Of a stretch of 47,146 bases of DNA, positions 29,919 through 39,166 are shown piece after piece. Location of the stretch: the UHGV virus genome UHGV-1361989; one strand, written 5' to 3'. A program made the position numbers and the translations under genes. The notes beneath the pieces were generated by a model that did not search any database, was not told the DNA's origin, and worked only from the letters and a program-made list of their open reading frames with translations. The first letter of the stretch is position 1. Every line of letters starts with the position of its first letter. The DNA comes from a virus.

Positions 29919-30285
29919 GTTAATTCTAATCGCCATAGGTGTCGCGGTAATCATTGCTGCATCTGGTTATGGCGCTGGATACCTGAAAGGATGGTATGCG
30001 CACAGCGAAAAAGTTAATCGTGACGCAGAAAAGCGCAGGCAGGCGGTGCAAAGCAAGCAGGCTAAGTCCACGACACAATCTCAGCAGGTGCGCGTTGTGA
30101 CTGAAACCAAATACAAAACCATTTACCGTGACGTGGTGAAATATGTCTCCGACCCGAATCGTAATGTGTGTGTTTTTGATGACAACTATCAGCGGTTGCG
30201 CCAACAATCCCTCGACGCCGACGCTTCCATCAGCAGAGATGCTGGGTCAGGTGTGCGAATTGTCGAAAGTGGCGCCAAAAAATAG
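29905..30285 (+). CDS. i-spanin (Rz-like)
   Basis: N-terminal TM helix, Gln/Lys-rich coiled coil. Contains embedded +1-frame lipoprotein gene. Confidence 0.7.
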   Translation: MTRIKLILIAIGVAVIIAASGYGAGYLKGWYAHSEKVNRDAEKRRQAVQSKQAKSTTQSQQVRVVTETKYKTIYRDVVKYVSDPNRNVCVFDDNYQRLRQQSLDADASISRDAGSGVRIVESGAKK

Positions 30286-30388
30286 CGACGAAAGTATCGT
30301 TATGGAGAACCAGAACACGGAGTGCGCCACAAAAAGAAAGATGACGATTTACGACTGGCAGGATTGGTATCGTGATAACTTTCAATAA
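30143..30388 (+). CDS. o-spanin (Rz1-like lipoprotein) embedded in i-spanin gene
   Basis: Signal peptide with lipobox TISGC. Begins inside 29905..30285 in another frame. Confidence 0.7.
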   Translation: MSPTRIVMCVFLMTTISGCANNPSTPTLPSAEMLGQVCELSKVAPKNSDESIVMENQNTECATKRKMTIYDWQDWYRDNFQ

Positions 30389-30416
30389 AAAAGCCCCGTA
30401 AAGGGGCTTTGTTTTA
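30388..30416. terminator. bidirectional rho-independent terminator
   Basis: AAGCCCC gtaaa GGGGCTT + TGTTTT. Confidence 0.6.
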
Positions 30417-30435
30417 ACCTTCTCCGTAGCCAATG

Positions 30436-30642
30436 TCACGCATAAAGCGCCTCCATTTTGTACCCAAACATTACTGCATTCTGATGCTCAACACTACCAG
30501 CAAACGCCAGATAACGACGCCCGCGATTGCTGGTGATGATGTAGGCGATTGGCTCGCCAAGCCTTGGGGCATGATAATCTCGCAGGGCTGGTTCGTGTAA
30601 CTCTATCATGTCAATTTCAATGCGTGGTATTGGATGGTTCAT
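30436..30642 (-). CDS. hypothetical protein
   Basis: Last gene of a 4-gene leftward operon. Confidence 0.4.
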   Translation of the reverse strand: MNHPIPRIEIDMIELHEPALRDYHAPRLGEPIAYIITSNRGRRYLAFAGSVEHQNAVMFGYKMEALYA

Positions 30643-30905
30643 TATTTTACTTCCACATTCAGTTTAACCCACCCCTTCCCGGGCACACTTTTGATTTTCC
30701 CGGCCTTGCGCAGTGCTTGCAGACGCCGGCCCAGAACTCGAAATCCTTCTCCTTTTTTTGTTGCGAAACTCTCGCACGTGGTAAATACCTTGCTATCAAA
30801 ATCGCTGCGACCGCGTTCGTAGAAATGAATCTGATAGAATGGAATCGGAGTATCATTATCAATTTTATCCAAAATTAGCTTATCCAACTCGGCATACTTG
30901 CTCAT
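30642..30905 (-). CDS. hypothetical protein
   Basis: Coupled ORF. Confidence 0.5.
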   Translation of the reverse strand: MSKYAELDKLILDKIDNDTPIPFYQIHFYERGRSDFDSKVFTTCESFATKKGEGFRVLGRRLQALRKAGKIKSVPGKGWVKLNVEVK

Positions 30906-31372
30906 TTTGCATCCTCATTCAGTTCATTAACAATTAATGTTGCATAGCCAGCAATGTCCTTCCAGCTATCGTCATATGTCGGGTCGCCATTCAGGATTCG
31001 ACCGATTTTATGCTGAATCATGTCGAGCGCTTCCTTCTGGCTCGCCGTCAGGTTGTTCCAACCATCAACGTCGCGCATGGTGTCTTTCAGTGACTGCATG
31101 ATTTCTGCACCGTCTTTGAATTTGCCATAGCGGCTTCCGCGCTCGGTGATGAGGCGTCCTGTGGGGGATTCAAATAGCATCCATGGGTCGGGCTCCAGCT
31201 CACGATGAGCGATAATAATGTCGCCAACCTTTTCGATATCCTTATCCCGGCCTGCGTAATCCAAACCGAGATGGTATACCCTGCCAGTTGATGCTGATTT
31301 CACAACAAGAATAGCGCCTGGATGGCCTTCAAAATCTGCTTCACTTCCTTTATGGTATTTGTATTTCATCAC
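30902..31372 (-). CDS. hypothetical protein (156 aa)
   Basis: Coupled ORF. No confident motif. Confidence 0.5.
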   Translation of the reverse strand: MMKYKYHKGSEADFEGHPGAILVVKSASTGRVYHLGLDYAGRDKDIEKVGDIIIAHRELEPDPWMLFESPTGRLITERGSRYGKFKDGAEIMQSLKDTMRDVDGWNNLTASQKEALDMIQHKIGRILNGDPTYDDSWKDIAGYATLIVNELNEDAK

Positions 31373-31569
31373 TCACCTCTCAACGTAACTTTGTTTTTCT
31401 CATCTACGCTGAAATGCTCGCGCACAAACGCATACATTTCTTCGGCGCTCCATTCCCGCATTGCTACATAGCAGTGCGCGTAATATCTGACATCTCGCAG
31501 GCTTAACGGTTGGCGCTTAGCGATAATCTCAGTCAATACTTCCAGTGGTTCTTTGCGTTGTCTCGCCAT
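31369..31569 (-). CDS. hypothetical protein
   Basis: RBS caggag. First gene after leftward promoter box. Confidence 0.5.
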   Translation of the reverse strand: MARQRKEPLEVLTEIIAKRQPLSLRDVRYYAHCYVAMREWSAEEMYAFVREHFSVDEKNKVTLRGE

Positions 31570-31582
31570 TGTCGCTCTCCTG

Positions 31583-31611
31583 TGAAAATCATCTTGACGA
31601 ATCTACGTCAA
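31583..31611 (-). promoter_or_regulatory. leftward promoter with conserved box TTGACGTAGATT
   Basis: Reverse complement TTGACGTAGATTCGTCAAGATGA. -10 poor. Confidence 0.4.
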
Positions 31612-31665
31612 TTAGTCAATACTCTGTGTTGTAGATTGTACCATAATGATAAAAGGTGGTGTGGA

Positions 31666-31881
31666 ATGAAGAAGTGGCAGGAGGTGACAGAGGTTCATAA
31701 GCGCGATTGCCGGGAGACTCTGCAAATGCTTAATGTGCCGGAGTCAATCATTAAATCTATCGAGCAGCGCATTGACCTCGCTGCTATGGAGGCAGCCCAT
31801 GAAGCCGAGGAAGCGCAAATGTTGTCATGGATGGACAGAACTCTACCGGGCGTTTTACATCGTGGTAAGACTACCGATTGA
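31666..31881 (+). CDS. hypothetical protein
   Basis: RBS aaggtgg. Start trimmed from 31510. Confidence 0.45.
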   Translation: MKKWQEVTEVHKRDCRETLQMLNVPESIIKSIEQRIDLAAMEAAHEAEEAQMLSWMDRTLPGVLHRGKTTD

Positions 31882-31964
31882 AGATGATGACGGGTATCTG
31901 CATAACCATAGTCAGGTACTCAAATATTATGGCGTTCACTATAAAGTGCTGATGGAGAGAAAAA

Positions 31965-32156
31965 ATGACTACTGATCAGGTGTACGAAAAAGAGTTGCTG
32001 AACAAGCTGGAAGAACTCGACCGCACTCGCGCATGGGTTGAAAGCGAATTGCGCGAGGTTCGCAACCGCATGCAACGGCAGGTTAACCGCGAAATTATCG
32101 AATGGCGCGAGGGGCGCCCGCATTTCAGCAATATTGGTGAATGGGTGGCGAAATGA
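31965..32156 (+). CDS. hypothetical coiled-coil protein
   Basis: 63-aa ORF. Confidence 0.4.
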   Translation: MTTDQVYEKELLNKLEELDRTRAWVESELREVRNRMQRQVNREIIEWREGRPHFSNIGEWVAK

Positions 32157-32392
32157 GCAAGGACAGCACGCTGCATGAATTAATCATGGCCGATATCAGG
32201 GAAAACAACGCAAGGGCCAGATGGCAGCGAAACCAGCCAGACCGCAGAACATTGAAGCAAAAGCTACACCCCAAACGCAGATGGCCGAAAAGAAAGCGGG
32301 ATTATCGCAGGGATAAGGTGTTGCTTAAACTATGTGATATTCAGATGAAATTTATGATTAAGGAGGCGATAAATGAAGCCAATGATGAATGA
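32141..32392 (+). CDS. highly basic Arg/Lys-rich small protein
   Basis: RRTLKQKLHPKRRWPKRKRDYRRDK. Confidence 0.4.
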   Translation: MGGEMSKDSTLHELIMADIRENNARARWQRNQPDRRTLKQKLHPKRRWPKRKRDYRRDKVLLKLCDIQMKFMIKEAINEANDE

Positions 32393-32603
32393 TGAGGGGC
32401 TACTTGAGTGTCCATTTTGCGGTAGCGAAAATTCCATGCAGAACAAGGAGGGGCAATGGCATTTTGTAGTATGCCAGGATTGCGGATGCCGTACTGATGA
32501 CTGGATGGTTGCAGCGACAGCAATCATTAAATGGAATACAAGAGGTGGGTTTGTTTATAGTAATTCTGATTACGAGGATATCAATGATGAAGTGCGATCT
32601 TAA
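32373..32603 (+). CDS. Lar-family zinc-ribbon protein (restriction alleviation-like)
   Basis: CPFCGSEN...CQDCGC two Cys pairs in ~70 aa. Confidence 0.45.
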   Translation: MKPMMNDEGLLECPFCGSENSMQNKEGQWHFVVCQDCGCRTDDWMVAATAIIKWNTRGGFVYSNSDYEDINDEVRS

Positions 32604-33108
32604 TCATGAGGTTGTTTTGTCGTTAATCAATTATAACCCAGAGTCTGGGAAATTCACCAGAAAGAATGGAAAGCAATGCGGTACAAAAACAACGAAGGGG
32701 TACATCCATGTGCGATTGCTTGGTAAAAAGCGTCTTGCGCATCGTTTGGCTTGGTTTTATGTCTACGGCGAATGGCCAGATCATGAAATTGACCATATTA
32801 ACGGAGTAAAGGATGACAACAGGATATGCAATCTAAGGAAGGCAACAAGACAACAAAATGAATGGAACAAGCCGCAGCCAAGCACCAACACGTCTGGCGT
32901 CAAGGGTGCGCGGTTTATGTCAAGCAGAGGAAAATGGCGTGCTGATTGCGTGAGAAAAACACTTGGTTACTTTGACACAAAGCAAGATGCTATTAATGCG
33001 TTAATTAAGCACAGGAGTGAAAAACAAGGGGAATTCAAAAATCACGGCCACCTCTATACTGCTGACGACTACAAACAGGATGCAATGGAGCGCGCAAATG
33101 GACTTTAA
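32584..33108 (+). CDS. HNH homing endonuclease with AP2 domain
   Basis: IDHINGVKDDNRICNLR + SGVKGARFMSSRGKWRADC + NHGH. Confidence 0.8.
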   Translation: MMKCDLNHEVVLSLINYNPESGKFTRKNGKQCGTKTTKGYIHVRLLGKKRLAHRLAWFYVYGEWPDHEIDHINGVKDDNRICNLRKATRQQNEWNKPQPSTNTSGVKGARFMSSRGKWRADCVRKTLGYFDTKQDAINALIKHRSEKQGEFKNHGHLYTADDYKQDAMERANGL

Positions 33109-33568
33109 AACGCAAATACTAACGGTGATAGAGCGCTGCGGCGGCGCAACCAATGCCATGATACGCAAGCAGACTGGCATGACAAACCGTGCCAGCGTTA
33201 CCGGCTATCTGATTGAGCTGGAGGGTATGGGATTTATTATTAAAGAGGAAAGCGTAAGCCATGGCAGGCGCTGCTTTAAGTATTTCCTCAACCCAGATAA
33301 TACCGCGCTCGATTTGGCTATTCAGAGTTATCTTGAGGCGAATCCGGGGCGAAAGAGTAAGCAGATAGCGGAGGCTGTCGGCGTTAACTACACCATCCTC
33401 AAGGCACGCATGCGCTATCTGGCAAGCATTGGTCAGGTTGACCGTGAAATGCTTCCCGGCGGAGCATGGAAATATTACTGGCAGGAGATCATCCCGTTTG
33501 GCATGAGCCGTGACAGGATGATGTTTGAAAAGTTGCTTGCCGCGGTGCGCCAGTCATGTGGGCGGTAA
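33098..33568 (+). CDS. winged helix-turn-helix DNA-binding protein
   Basis: Two wHTH-like segments (ATNAMIRKQTGMTNRASVTGYLIELEGMGFI; SKQIAEAVGVNYTILKARMRYLASIGQV). Confidence 0.5.
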   Translation: MDFKTQILTVIERCGGATNAMIRKQTGMTNRASVTGYLIELEGMGFIIKEESVSHGRRCFKYFLNPDNTALDLAIQSYLEANPGRKSKQIAEAVGVNYTILKARMRYLASIGQVDREMLPGGAWKYYWQEIIPFGMSRDRMMFEKLLAAVRQSCGR

Positions 33569-33831
33569 AGCATAAATCAGGAACCGTGCTGTTTATCACC
33601 AATTGTGAACGCACGGCCAATAATCGCAGAGAAATGGAGTGGATAGTGGAACAAAGAAAATGCAGAGTAACAATTGAGTGGTTAAACGGAAAGAAAAGCA
33701 CCTTCTTCGCTGATGGATGCGCGGAGATGGATAACAGCATCATGCTTTCAGTTAATGGTACTGATTTGCATATTCCATGGCAAAACATGGTTGATGGCGA
33801 GATTAAGTATTTTGATGAGGGCGAGGAATGA
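33556..33831 (+). CDS. hypothetical protein
   Basis: Coupled ORF. Confidence 0.45.
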   Translation: MWAVKHKSGTVLFITNCERTANNRREMEWIVEQRKCRVTIEWLNGKKSTFFADGCAEMDNSIMLSVNGTDLHIPWQNMVDGEIKYFDEGEE

Positions 33832-34100
33832 CAAGTAGAGAGCAGTTTGAAAAATGGGTTGGTGATAGCGTAAATTCTGATGTGCACAGGGGTATTATGC
33901 TTAGCCGCCATGAGAATGGAAATTATAGCCACCTTGCGACAAGACACAAATGGGATGCTTGGCAAGCATCGCGCGCGGCAATTGAGATTGAACTGCCAGA
34001 ACCATGCTCCCCTGGTGATTTCTGTGTAGACATTCCGGCACAAGCTCATCATGAGGTTGTCGAGGCAATAGAATTGGCTGGATTAAAGGTGAAAGTATGA
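33828..34100 (+). CDS. hypothetical protein
   Basis: ATGA coupling. Confidence 0.45.
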   Translation: MTSREQFEKWVGDSVNSDVHRGIMLSRHENGNYSHLATRHKWDAWQASRAAIEIELPEPCSPGDFCVDIPAQAHHEVVEAIELAGLKVKV

Positions 34101-34441
34101 AACTACAACTTAACGAAATCATGGAAGCAACAATTAGCGAGCTGGATGACATTGATATGACGCTTGCCTTTGAGATTGAGGCTATCGAGCGTCAGCTTGC
34201 TGGCAATCAGAATGGAAATAAGGTATGGAGAGAGAAGGCCATGAAGGCAAAGGGACACATGCAGCGCACCCGCGCGCTGGTTCGCACTCGCCTTGATAAG
34301 CTCTACTACGGCGAAGAAAGAATGTTGCACGGCGCCATTCTTGCTGAAATCCGCAAAACGATGCCTGTCGGGAAATTCATGGATGCCGTAAACCGCGCAA
34401 AAGTTAACTGCGGAATGTTAAATAAGAATAGTCCTCAATAA
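34097..34441 (+). CDS. hypothetical protein
   Basis: ATGA coupling. Confidence 0.5.
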   Translation: MKLQLNEIMEATISELDDIDMTLAFEIEAIERQLAGNQNGNKVWREKAMKAKGHMQRTRALVRTRLDKLYYGEERMLHGAILAEIRKTMPVGKFMDAVNRAKVNCGMLNKNSPQ

Positions 34442-34485
34442 ATTCTCTTCCGTGGCTGTTACCTTGCACTCAGGAGGTAGCAGCC

Positions 34486-34608
34486 ATGCCAATCATACTG
34501 ATATCATTCTTTGCTACTCTTTTCGCTTTTACCGCATCTCCGCTTTACCTTCTCGCGTCCGTTTCGTGGTGCATATTCATGGTGTGTTATAATCCGGGCA
34601 TAAAGTAA
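34486..34608 (+). CDS. small hydrophobic ORF (40 aa) with SD inside a hairpin
   Basis: caGGAGGtagcagccATG. Inverted repeat GGCTGTTACC / GGTAGCAGCC. Confidence 0.3.
   Translation: MPIILISFFATLFAFTASPLYLLASVSWCIFMVCYNPGIK
34585..34593 (+). promoter_or_regulatory. extended -10 promoter TGtTATAAT upstream of scaffold/protease gene
   Basis: Read directly. RBS ggagaaagg then ATG 34624. Confidence 0.4.
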
Positions 34609-34623
34609 GCGCGGAGAAAGGTC

Positions 34624-36024
34624 ATGATTGTCAAAATTGGCGACAAGTGGGTCGTTAAATCTAAGGATGGCTCGCACCAGTTTGGCGAGTACGACACCGA
34701 AGAGGCGGCGAAAAAGCGCCTTGCTGAGGTGGAGGCATTCAAGCACATGAATAATAAATTACAGGTTAACATCCTGTACACCATCAACTCGGCCAGCAAC
34801 ATCAGTGAAAAAATCATTGATGGTGACCCGCATTATGTCATCAAGAATGTTGTGCCGGTGGTAGATGACATTGTCATGAATGGCGGCCTGTACCCTGGCG
34901 ATGAGATTAAAAAATCATTTCATGGCCTTGATGGTAAACCGGCGCCATATGACCACCCGAAGATTGACGGCAAATACGTGTCAGCCAACATGACACGGGC
35001 CGCCAATCAGTTCAGTGTTGGCGCATGGATTGAGAACTCATCTCATGACGGCAGCAAAGCACTGGTAGACCTTTATATTAACAAGGTGGTAGCTGAGCGC
35101 TCTGATAAAGGCAGGGAGTTACTATCGCGTATTGATGGTCTCAAGGTCAACGGTGCCGATGCTGAACCTGTTCAGGTGTCTACCGGTCTGTTACTCAACC
35201 GTGAGCAGGCATCGGGAACTTCTAAGGGTAAAAAATATTCCTGGATTGCCAGGAATATGGAATGGGATCACCTCGCCATTCTTCCGCCTGGTATTCCCGG
35301 AGCTGGCGGCCCTGCTGATGGTGTCGGTATCTTTGCTGCTAACGGCGAAGACATTGAGCGCGTTGTGGTTAATCTTGAGGAATCGGCAATTCCAGACGAA
35401 AGTGCAAACAAAATCAAATGGTGGCAGCGCGCCATCAATCGCCTGACCGGTAATCAGCTGTCATTCATGGATATTACCGGGCAACTCCAGAATATTATCA
35501 AGGCTGAGATACAAGGTGAATCGTGGCCTTACATCATCGCCGTTTATGATAATTACTTCGGCGTTGAGATTGACGGCACCATTTATATGCAGTCCTACAT
35601 CGTCCGTGAGGATATGGTAGAATTAGTCGGTGAACGGGTTAAGGCTGTTTATAAGACAGAGCTTGAACCGGTAAAAACAACTCAAGGGGAAATCTCAATG
35701 ACTAACGAGGAATTACAGGCTGTATTAGCCGATGCCCTCAAACCGGTTCAGGAATCGTTGACCGCAGTCAACCAGAAACTGGCCGATGTGGAGGCGCAAA
35801 ACAAAACCCTGCGCGACCAGCTGCAAGCCAATGCCGCACAGGAAGAAACCGCAATGCGCGCCGCCATTATGGCTGAGCTGAAGTTGCCGGAATCTGCTGT
35901 TAATGCGCTGACTGGCGAAGCACTGCGTGAAACCTATGCGCTCACCAGTAAAGCGGCTCCGATTTCCGGCGGGTTCCAGCCGAACCGTGCCGAAGAAGAT
36001 TTTGATATGGAGGCACCTGAATAA
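34624..36024 (+). CDS. prohead protease / scaffolding protein (putative)
   Basis: 466 aa. C-terminal coiled coil. Directly upstream of decoration and capsid genes. Confidence 0.5.
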   Translation: MIVKIGDKWVVKSKDGSHQFGEYDTEEAAKKRLAEVEAFKHMNNKLQVNILYTINSASNISEKIIDGDPHYVIKNVVPVVDDIVMNGGLYPGDEIKKSFHGLDGKPAPYDHPKIDGKYVSANMTRAANQFSVGAWIENSSHDGSKALVDLYINKVVAERSDKGRELLSRIDGLKVNGADAEPVQVSTGLLLNREQASGTSKGKKYSWIARNMEWDHLAILPPGIPGAGGPADGVGIFAANGEDIERVVVNLEESAIPDESANKIKWWQRAINRLTGNQLSFMDITGQLQNIIKAEIQGESWPYIIAVYDNYFGVEIDGTIYMQSYIVREDMVELVGERVKAVYKTELEPVKTTQGEISMTNEELQAVLADALKPVQESLTAVNQKLADVEAQNKTLRDQLQANAAQEETAMRAAIMAELKLPESAVNALTGEALRETYALTSKAAPISGGFQPNRAEEDFDMEAPE

Positions 36025-36488
36025 TGGCTACTATCCGTTATGGCACCATCATCGGCGGCCCGGCCCGCAAAAATGACCCGCAGTTGCGCGAAGGTCTGAT
36101 GAACGTCGCCCTGCAACCTGGCGCACTGGTCGACTTCAACTCCTCAGACAAAATCATCGCGCATGCGACTGCTGGCGGTCACGGTTTCCCTTACGTTCTG
36201 CAACACAACTATGTTGGTGGCGGTGACGCGAGCGAAGCTGTACCGGCGAATGCTACCGGCATGGCAGTACAATGCGAATTTGGCGTAACGTATCACGCTC
36301 TGGTTGCGGCATCCTCCGCGCTGGTAAAAGGTACTCCGCTGGCAAGCAATGGCTCCGGCGCGTTAAAGGTTGCAGAAGCAGGAGAAAATATCCTGTTTTA
36401 TGCGTATGAAGCCTACACCGTAGCATCTGATGGCGCTGAACTCGTTGCAGTTCGTCGTGCTGGCAATGCTGCAATGCCTGCGGCGTAA
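36024..36488 (+). CDS. head decoration-like protein
   Basis: 154 aa Gly/Ala-rich. ATGG overlap with scaffold stop. Precedes capsid. Confidence 0.4.
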   Translation: MATIRYGTIIGGPARKNDPQLREGLMNVALQPGALVDFNSSDKIIAHATAGGHGFPYVLQHNYVGGGDASEAVPANATGMAVQCEFGVTYHALVAASSALVKGTPLASNGSGALKVAEAGENILFYAYEAYTVASDGAELVAVRRAGNAAMPAA

Positions 36489-36499
36489 GGAGCCGAACA

Positions 36500-37588
36500 A
36501 TGGAAAAGATTATCTTTACGAAAGGCCTGATCACCAACTCGCAGGTGGTCAGAGAGCAGTGGCGCCACCTGACTGTTGACCGCAAGGTTTTCATCAATGG
36601 TGAAAACGCTCTGGCGAAAGAATACGGCGTGAACGCCACCGCACTGGTAACGAAAGACTACTGGCGCGAAGTGGACGATGTGACCACCCGTGTCTTCCGC
36701 AATGAGTCCGGCATGGACATGATGGCCGACCTGATGACGCTGGCGACCAACATCAACATCGGCAAGACCGTGGCAATCAGCCGCATGGCCTCCGATGCTG
36801 GTAAGGTTGTGCGCACCATCTCCGGGCAGGAGCCTGAAGACCTGGATAAAACCCGCTACTCCTACAGCGGCGATGTAATCCCGATCTTCAAAACCGGTTA
36901 TGGCCGAGAGTGGCGCGAGCTGCTGGGTATGCAATCTGAAGGTTTCGACCCGCTGATTGATGACCAGGAAAACACCACCTTCAACCTGCGCGCAGACATG
37001 GCGGATTATCTGCTTGTCGGCGATGCAAGCCTGAACGTGAACGGCGTTTATACTGCTTACGGCATCACCAACCACCCGAACACCGTGCAGCTTAACCTGA
37101 GTGCCTCCGGCACTGGCGCGCTGAACATCGACCTGCAAACTGCAACCCCTGATGAAATCGTTAAGTTCTTCAACCAGGATTTCCAGGCGGTTCTGGATAC
37201 GCAGAACGTGTTCGAGCCGGTTACTCTGTGGGTTTCTCCGGCCGTGCGCCGATCCTTCAGCCGCCCGTACTCCAACGCGGCAGGCTTCAAAGGCGGCACC
37301 ATTGAGGATTATATCCTCGCATTCGGCAAAACCGGCAACGTTGGCCGCATCGCGTCTATCGGCACCAACTTCAAGCTGACCGGGAACCATTTCGTCGGCT
37401 ATGTGAAGAATGCGCTGTATATCCGCCCTCGCGTCGCTCAGCCGGTATCCACCTATGCAGAGCCGCGTACCACGCCGCACGCTAACTTTAACTTTTTAAC
37501 GTGGGCTGCTATGGGTTTGCAAATTCGCCGGGATTTCTCGGGCCGAAGCAAGGTGTTCAACGGCTACGGCACGCAAACCGCGCTGTAA
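36500..37588 (+). CDS. major capsid protein (HK97-fold, lambda gpE-like size)
   Basis: 362 aa. Strong RBS aggagccgaacaATG. Followed by strong terminator. Confidence 0.8.
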   Translation: MEKIIFTKGLITNSQVVREQWRHLTVDRKVFINGENALAKEYGVNATALVTKDYWREVDDVTTRVFRNESGMDMMADLMTLATNINIGKTVAISRMASDAGKVVRTISGQEPEDLDKTRYSYSGDVIPIFKTGYGREWRELLGMQSEGFDPLIDDQENTTFNLRADMADYLLVGDASLNVNGVYTAYGITNHPNTVQLNLSASGTGALNIDLQTATPDEIVKFFNQDFQAVLDTQNVFEPVTLWVSPAVRRSFSRPYSNAAGFKGGTIEDYILAFGKTGNVGRIASIGTNFKLTGNHFVGYVKNALYIRPRVAQPVSTYAEPRTTPHANFNFLTWAAMGLQIRRDFSGRSKVFNGYGTQTAL

Positions 37589-37592
37589 AAAT

Positions 37593-37616
37593 AAAGGGGC
37601 GAATAGCCCCTTTTAA
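37593..37616 (+). terminator. rho-independent terminator
   Basis: AGGGGC gaata GCCCCT + TTT. Confidence 0.65.
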
Positions 37617-37631
37617 CTATCAGAGGTTATC

Positions 37632-37826
37632 ATGGCTAAATATGAAGTAATCGCCAGCGGAATCTTCGTCAAGGATAAAGACGGTCGTCTGCGCGAGCTT
37701 GCTATTGGCGATGTCATTGACGAATCCACTCCGCACATTGAGTCAAAACTTCGCCCGGTTAGTGAGAAAATTCTGGAAGTTGCAACTCCGCAAGAATCGC
37801 AGCCAAAGGCGAAGAAAACCAAGTAA
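37632..37826 (+). CDS. small highly expressed protein (64 aa)
   Basis: Leader GGTTATCATGGCT shared with next gene. Own terminator. Confidence 0.45.
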   Translation: MAKYEVIASGIFVKDKDGRLRELAIGDVIDESTPHIESKLRPVSEKILEVATPQESQPKAKKTK

Positions 37827-37828
37827 AA

Positions 37829-37857
37829 TAAACCCGCAAACAAGCGGGTTTTTTATT
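37829..37857 (+). terminator. rho-independent terminator
   Basis: AACCCGC aaacaa GCGGGTT + TTTTATT. Confidence 0.65.
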
Positions 37858-37867
37858 GGGGGTTATC

Positions 37868-38686
37868 ATGGCTGTCAGGTACGAAATAAACACAACTCCG
37901 GCTGACGGAGAGGTTTTGCTTAGCGAAACCATGTCAGCAGACTGGACTGCATTGCAGGTACAGATTGTGCCATTAAACTCTTCCGGCGGCTATGAGCCAT
38001 TAACAAGCGGCTCTGTCTCCGTAATGGTATCGCCGTTTGCATCTGGTGACTTCTGGATTGACGTCAACAATAATAATTATTATGGCGTGGCATTGCGACT
38101 GAAGGTGATCAAGTCTCAACTTCCTGCTGGTGTTGCTTCCCTGAAAGTTTTGGTATGGCGAGCTGATACCTCAGTGCCGTCAAGTCAGGTTGTCGCGCAG
38201 TCCTACTCGGAGCTTGCCAATAAGCAAGGAAAGCTATTCACCGCATCGCGTCGCGTGACTGATGTCGCTGGCGGGGCTAACCTTGACAGTATTTTTATTA
38301 CCGGCTCAAAACAGGTTGTGTTTAACCAGCGCATCATTGGCTACACCGGTAATGGTGTCATAGCATCCATTTACCGTGGAGCCGTAGCCACTGGCGGCAC
38401 CGCTGCGGAGATTAATAACCCAAATGACATCGCGCCGCATGCTGCAACAGCGCGGCTTCTTACTGGCTCCACGGTGACAAGTATTGGTCAGCTGACGGTG
38501 GCCGCGACGTATAGTGAAGGGAACGCATCGAACCAGGGGCAGGGTAATTCGCAGGCAAAACTCGGTGAACAGGTCATCATGGCGCCTAATACCACCTATC
38601 TGTTGCGCATCACGTCCCTGGATACTGCGGCGCAAAATATAAATGCTTACGTTTCGTGGTTTGAGGATGACGCTTATCTTCCTTGA
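37868..38686 (+). CDS. structural protein (beta-sandwich-like; possible head fibre/decoration)
   Basis: 272 aa, Ser/Thr/Gly-rich. ATG 37868 preferred over TTG 37856. Confidence 0.45.
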   Translation: MAVRYEINTTPADGEVLLSETMSADWTALQVQIVPLNSSGGYEPLTSGSVSVMVSPFASGDFWIDVNNNNYYGVALRLKVIKSQLPAGVASLKVLVWRADTSVPSSQVVAQSYSELANKQGKLFTASRRVTDVAGGANLDSIFITGSKQVVFNQRIIGYTGNGVIASIYRGAVATGGTAAEINNPNDIAPHAATARLLTGSTVTSIGQLTVAATYSEGNASNQGQGNSQAKLGEQVIMAPNTTYLLRITSLDTAAQNINAYVSWFEDDAYLP

Positions 38687-38691
38687 TAAAA

Positions 38692-38716
38692 GAAAAGCCC
38701 CGAAAGGGGCTTTGTT
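38692..38716. terminator. bidirectional rho-independent terminator
   Basis: AAAGCCCC gaaa GGGGCTTT + GTTT. Confidence 0.65.
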
Positions 38717-38967
38717 TACTTATGGTCGCGTAAATTAATGAGGCCATCAATCAGCCGCTGAATTGAGGCGTTGTCTTTAAATGTGATATAAATTTCCGCC
38801 TCATCAATATCATCAACTTCATCGCCCGGCACCCCTCGATTTATGCTATTCGCAATAGCTATTAACTTTTCACCATGGCAAGAGCCAAATTTAATGCCAA
38901 CGTAACCATCGCCAAGACGGGCAACTTTTGAGCCGTCCTTCTGAGTAAAAACGCCATTCTTTTTCAT
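38716..38967 (-). CDS. hypothetical protein (83 aa)
   Basis: Trimmed to ATG with SD gagga 7 nt upstream. Confidence 0.4.
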   Translation of the reverse strand: MKKNGVFTQKDGSKVARLGDGYVGIKFGSCHGEKLIAIANSINRGVPGDEVDDIDEAEIYITFKDNASIQRLIDGLINLRDHK

Positions 38968-38993
38968 CACTAAATCCTCATCGGAATAACTGC

Positions 38994-39166
38994 TATTTTT
39001 TGTTCTTGATGTAATGCTGCTTTGCAATATACAGCATCTCATCAAATGATTTTCCGGTAACGCTTCGGCATTGTCGATAGTGTTGTAACGCAGCCTCTAT
39101 GGCCGCGTTGTCGATGCCTGGCAGTTTTTCGCGCAGGTTTTTCTCTATGAATTGTTCGGGGTTCAT
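38994..39166 (-). CDS. small ORF (57 aa)
   Basis: Not in ORF track. Start overlaps stop of upstream gene. Confidence 0.3.

Noticed and set aside
36413-37480. 355-aa minus-strand ORF opposite the major capsid gene
   Set aside because: Shadow ORF of a GC-rich, highly expressed gene. No start context. Capsid assignment on plus strand is far stronger.
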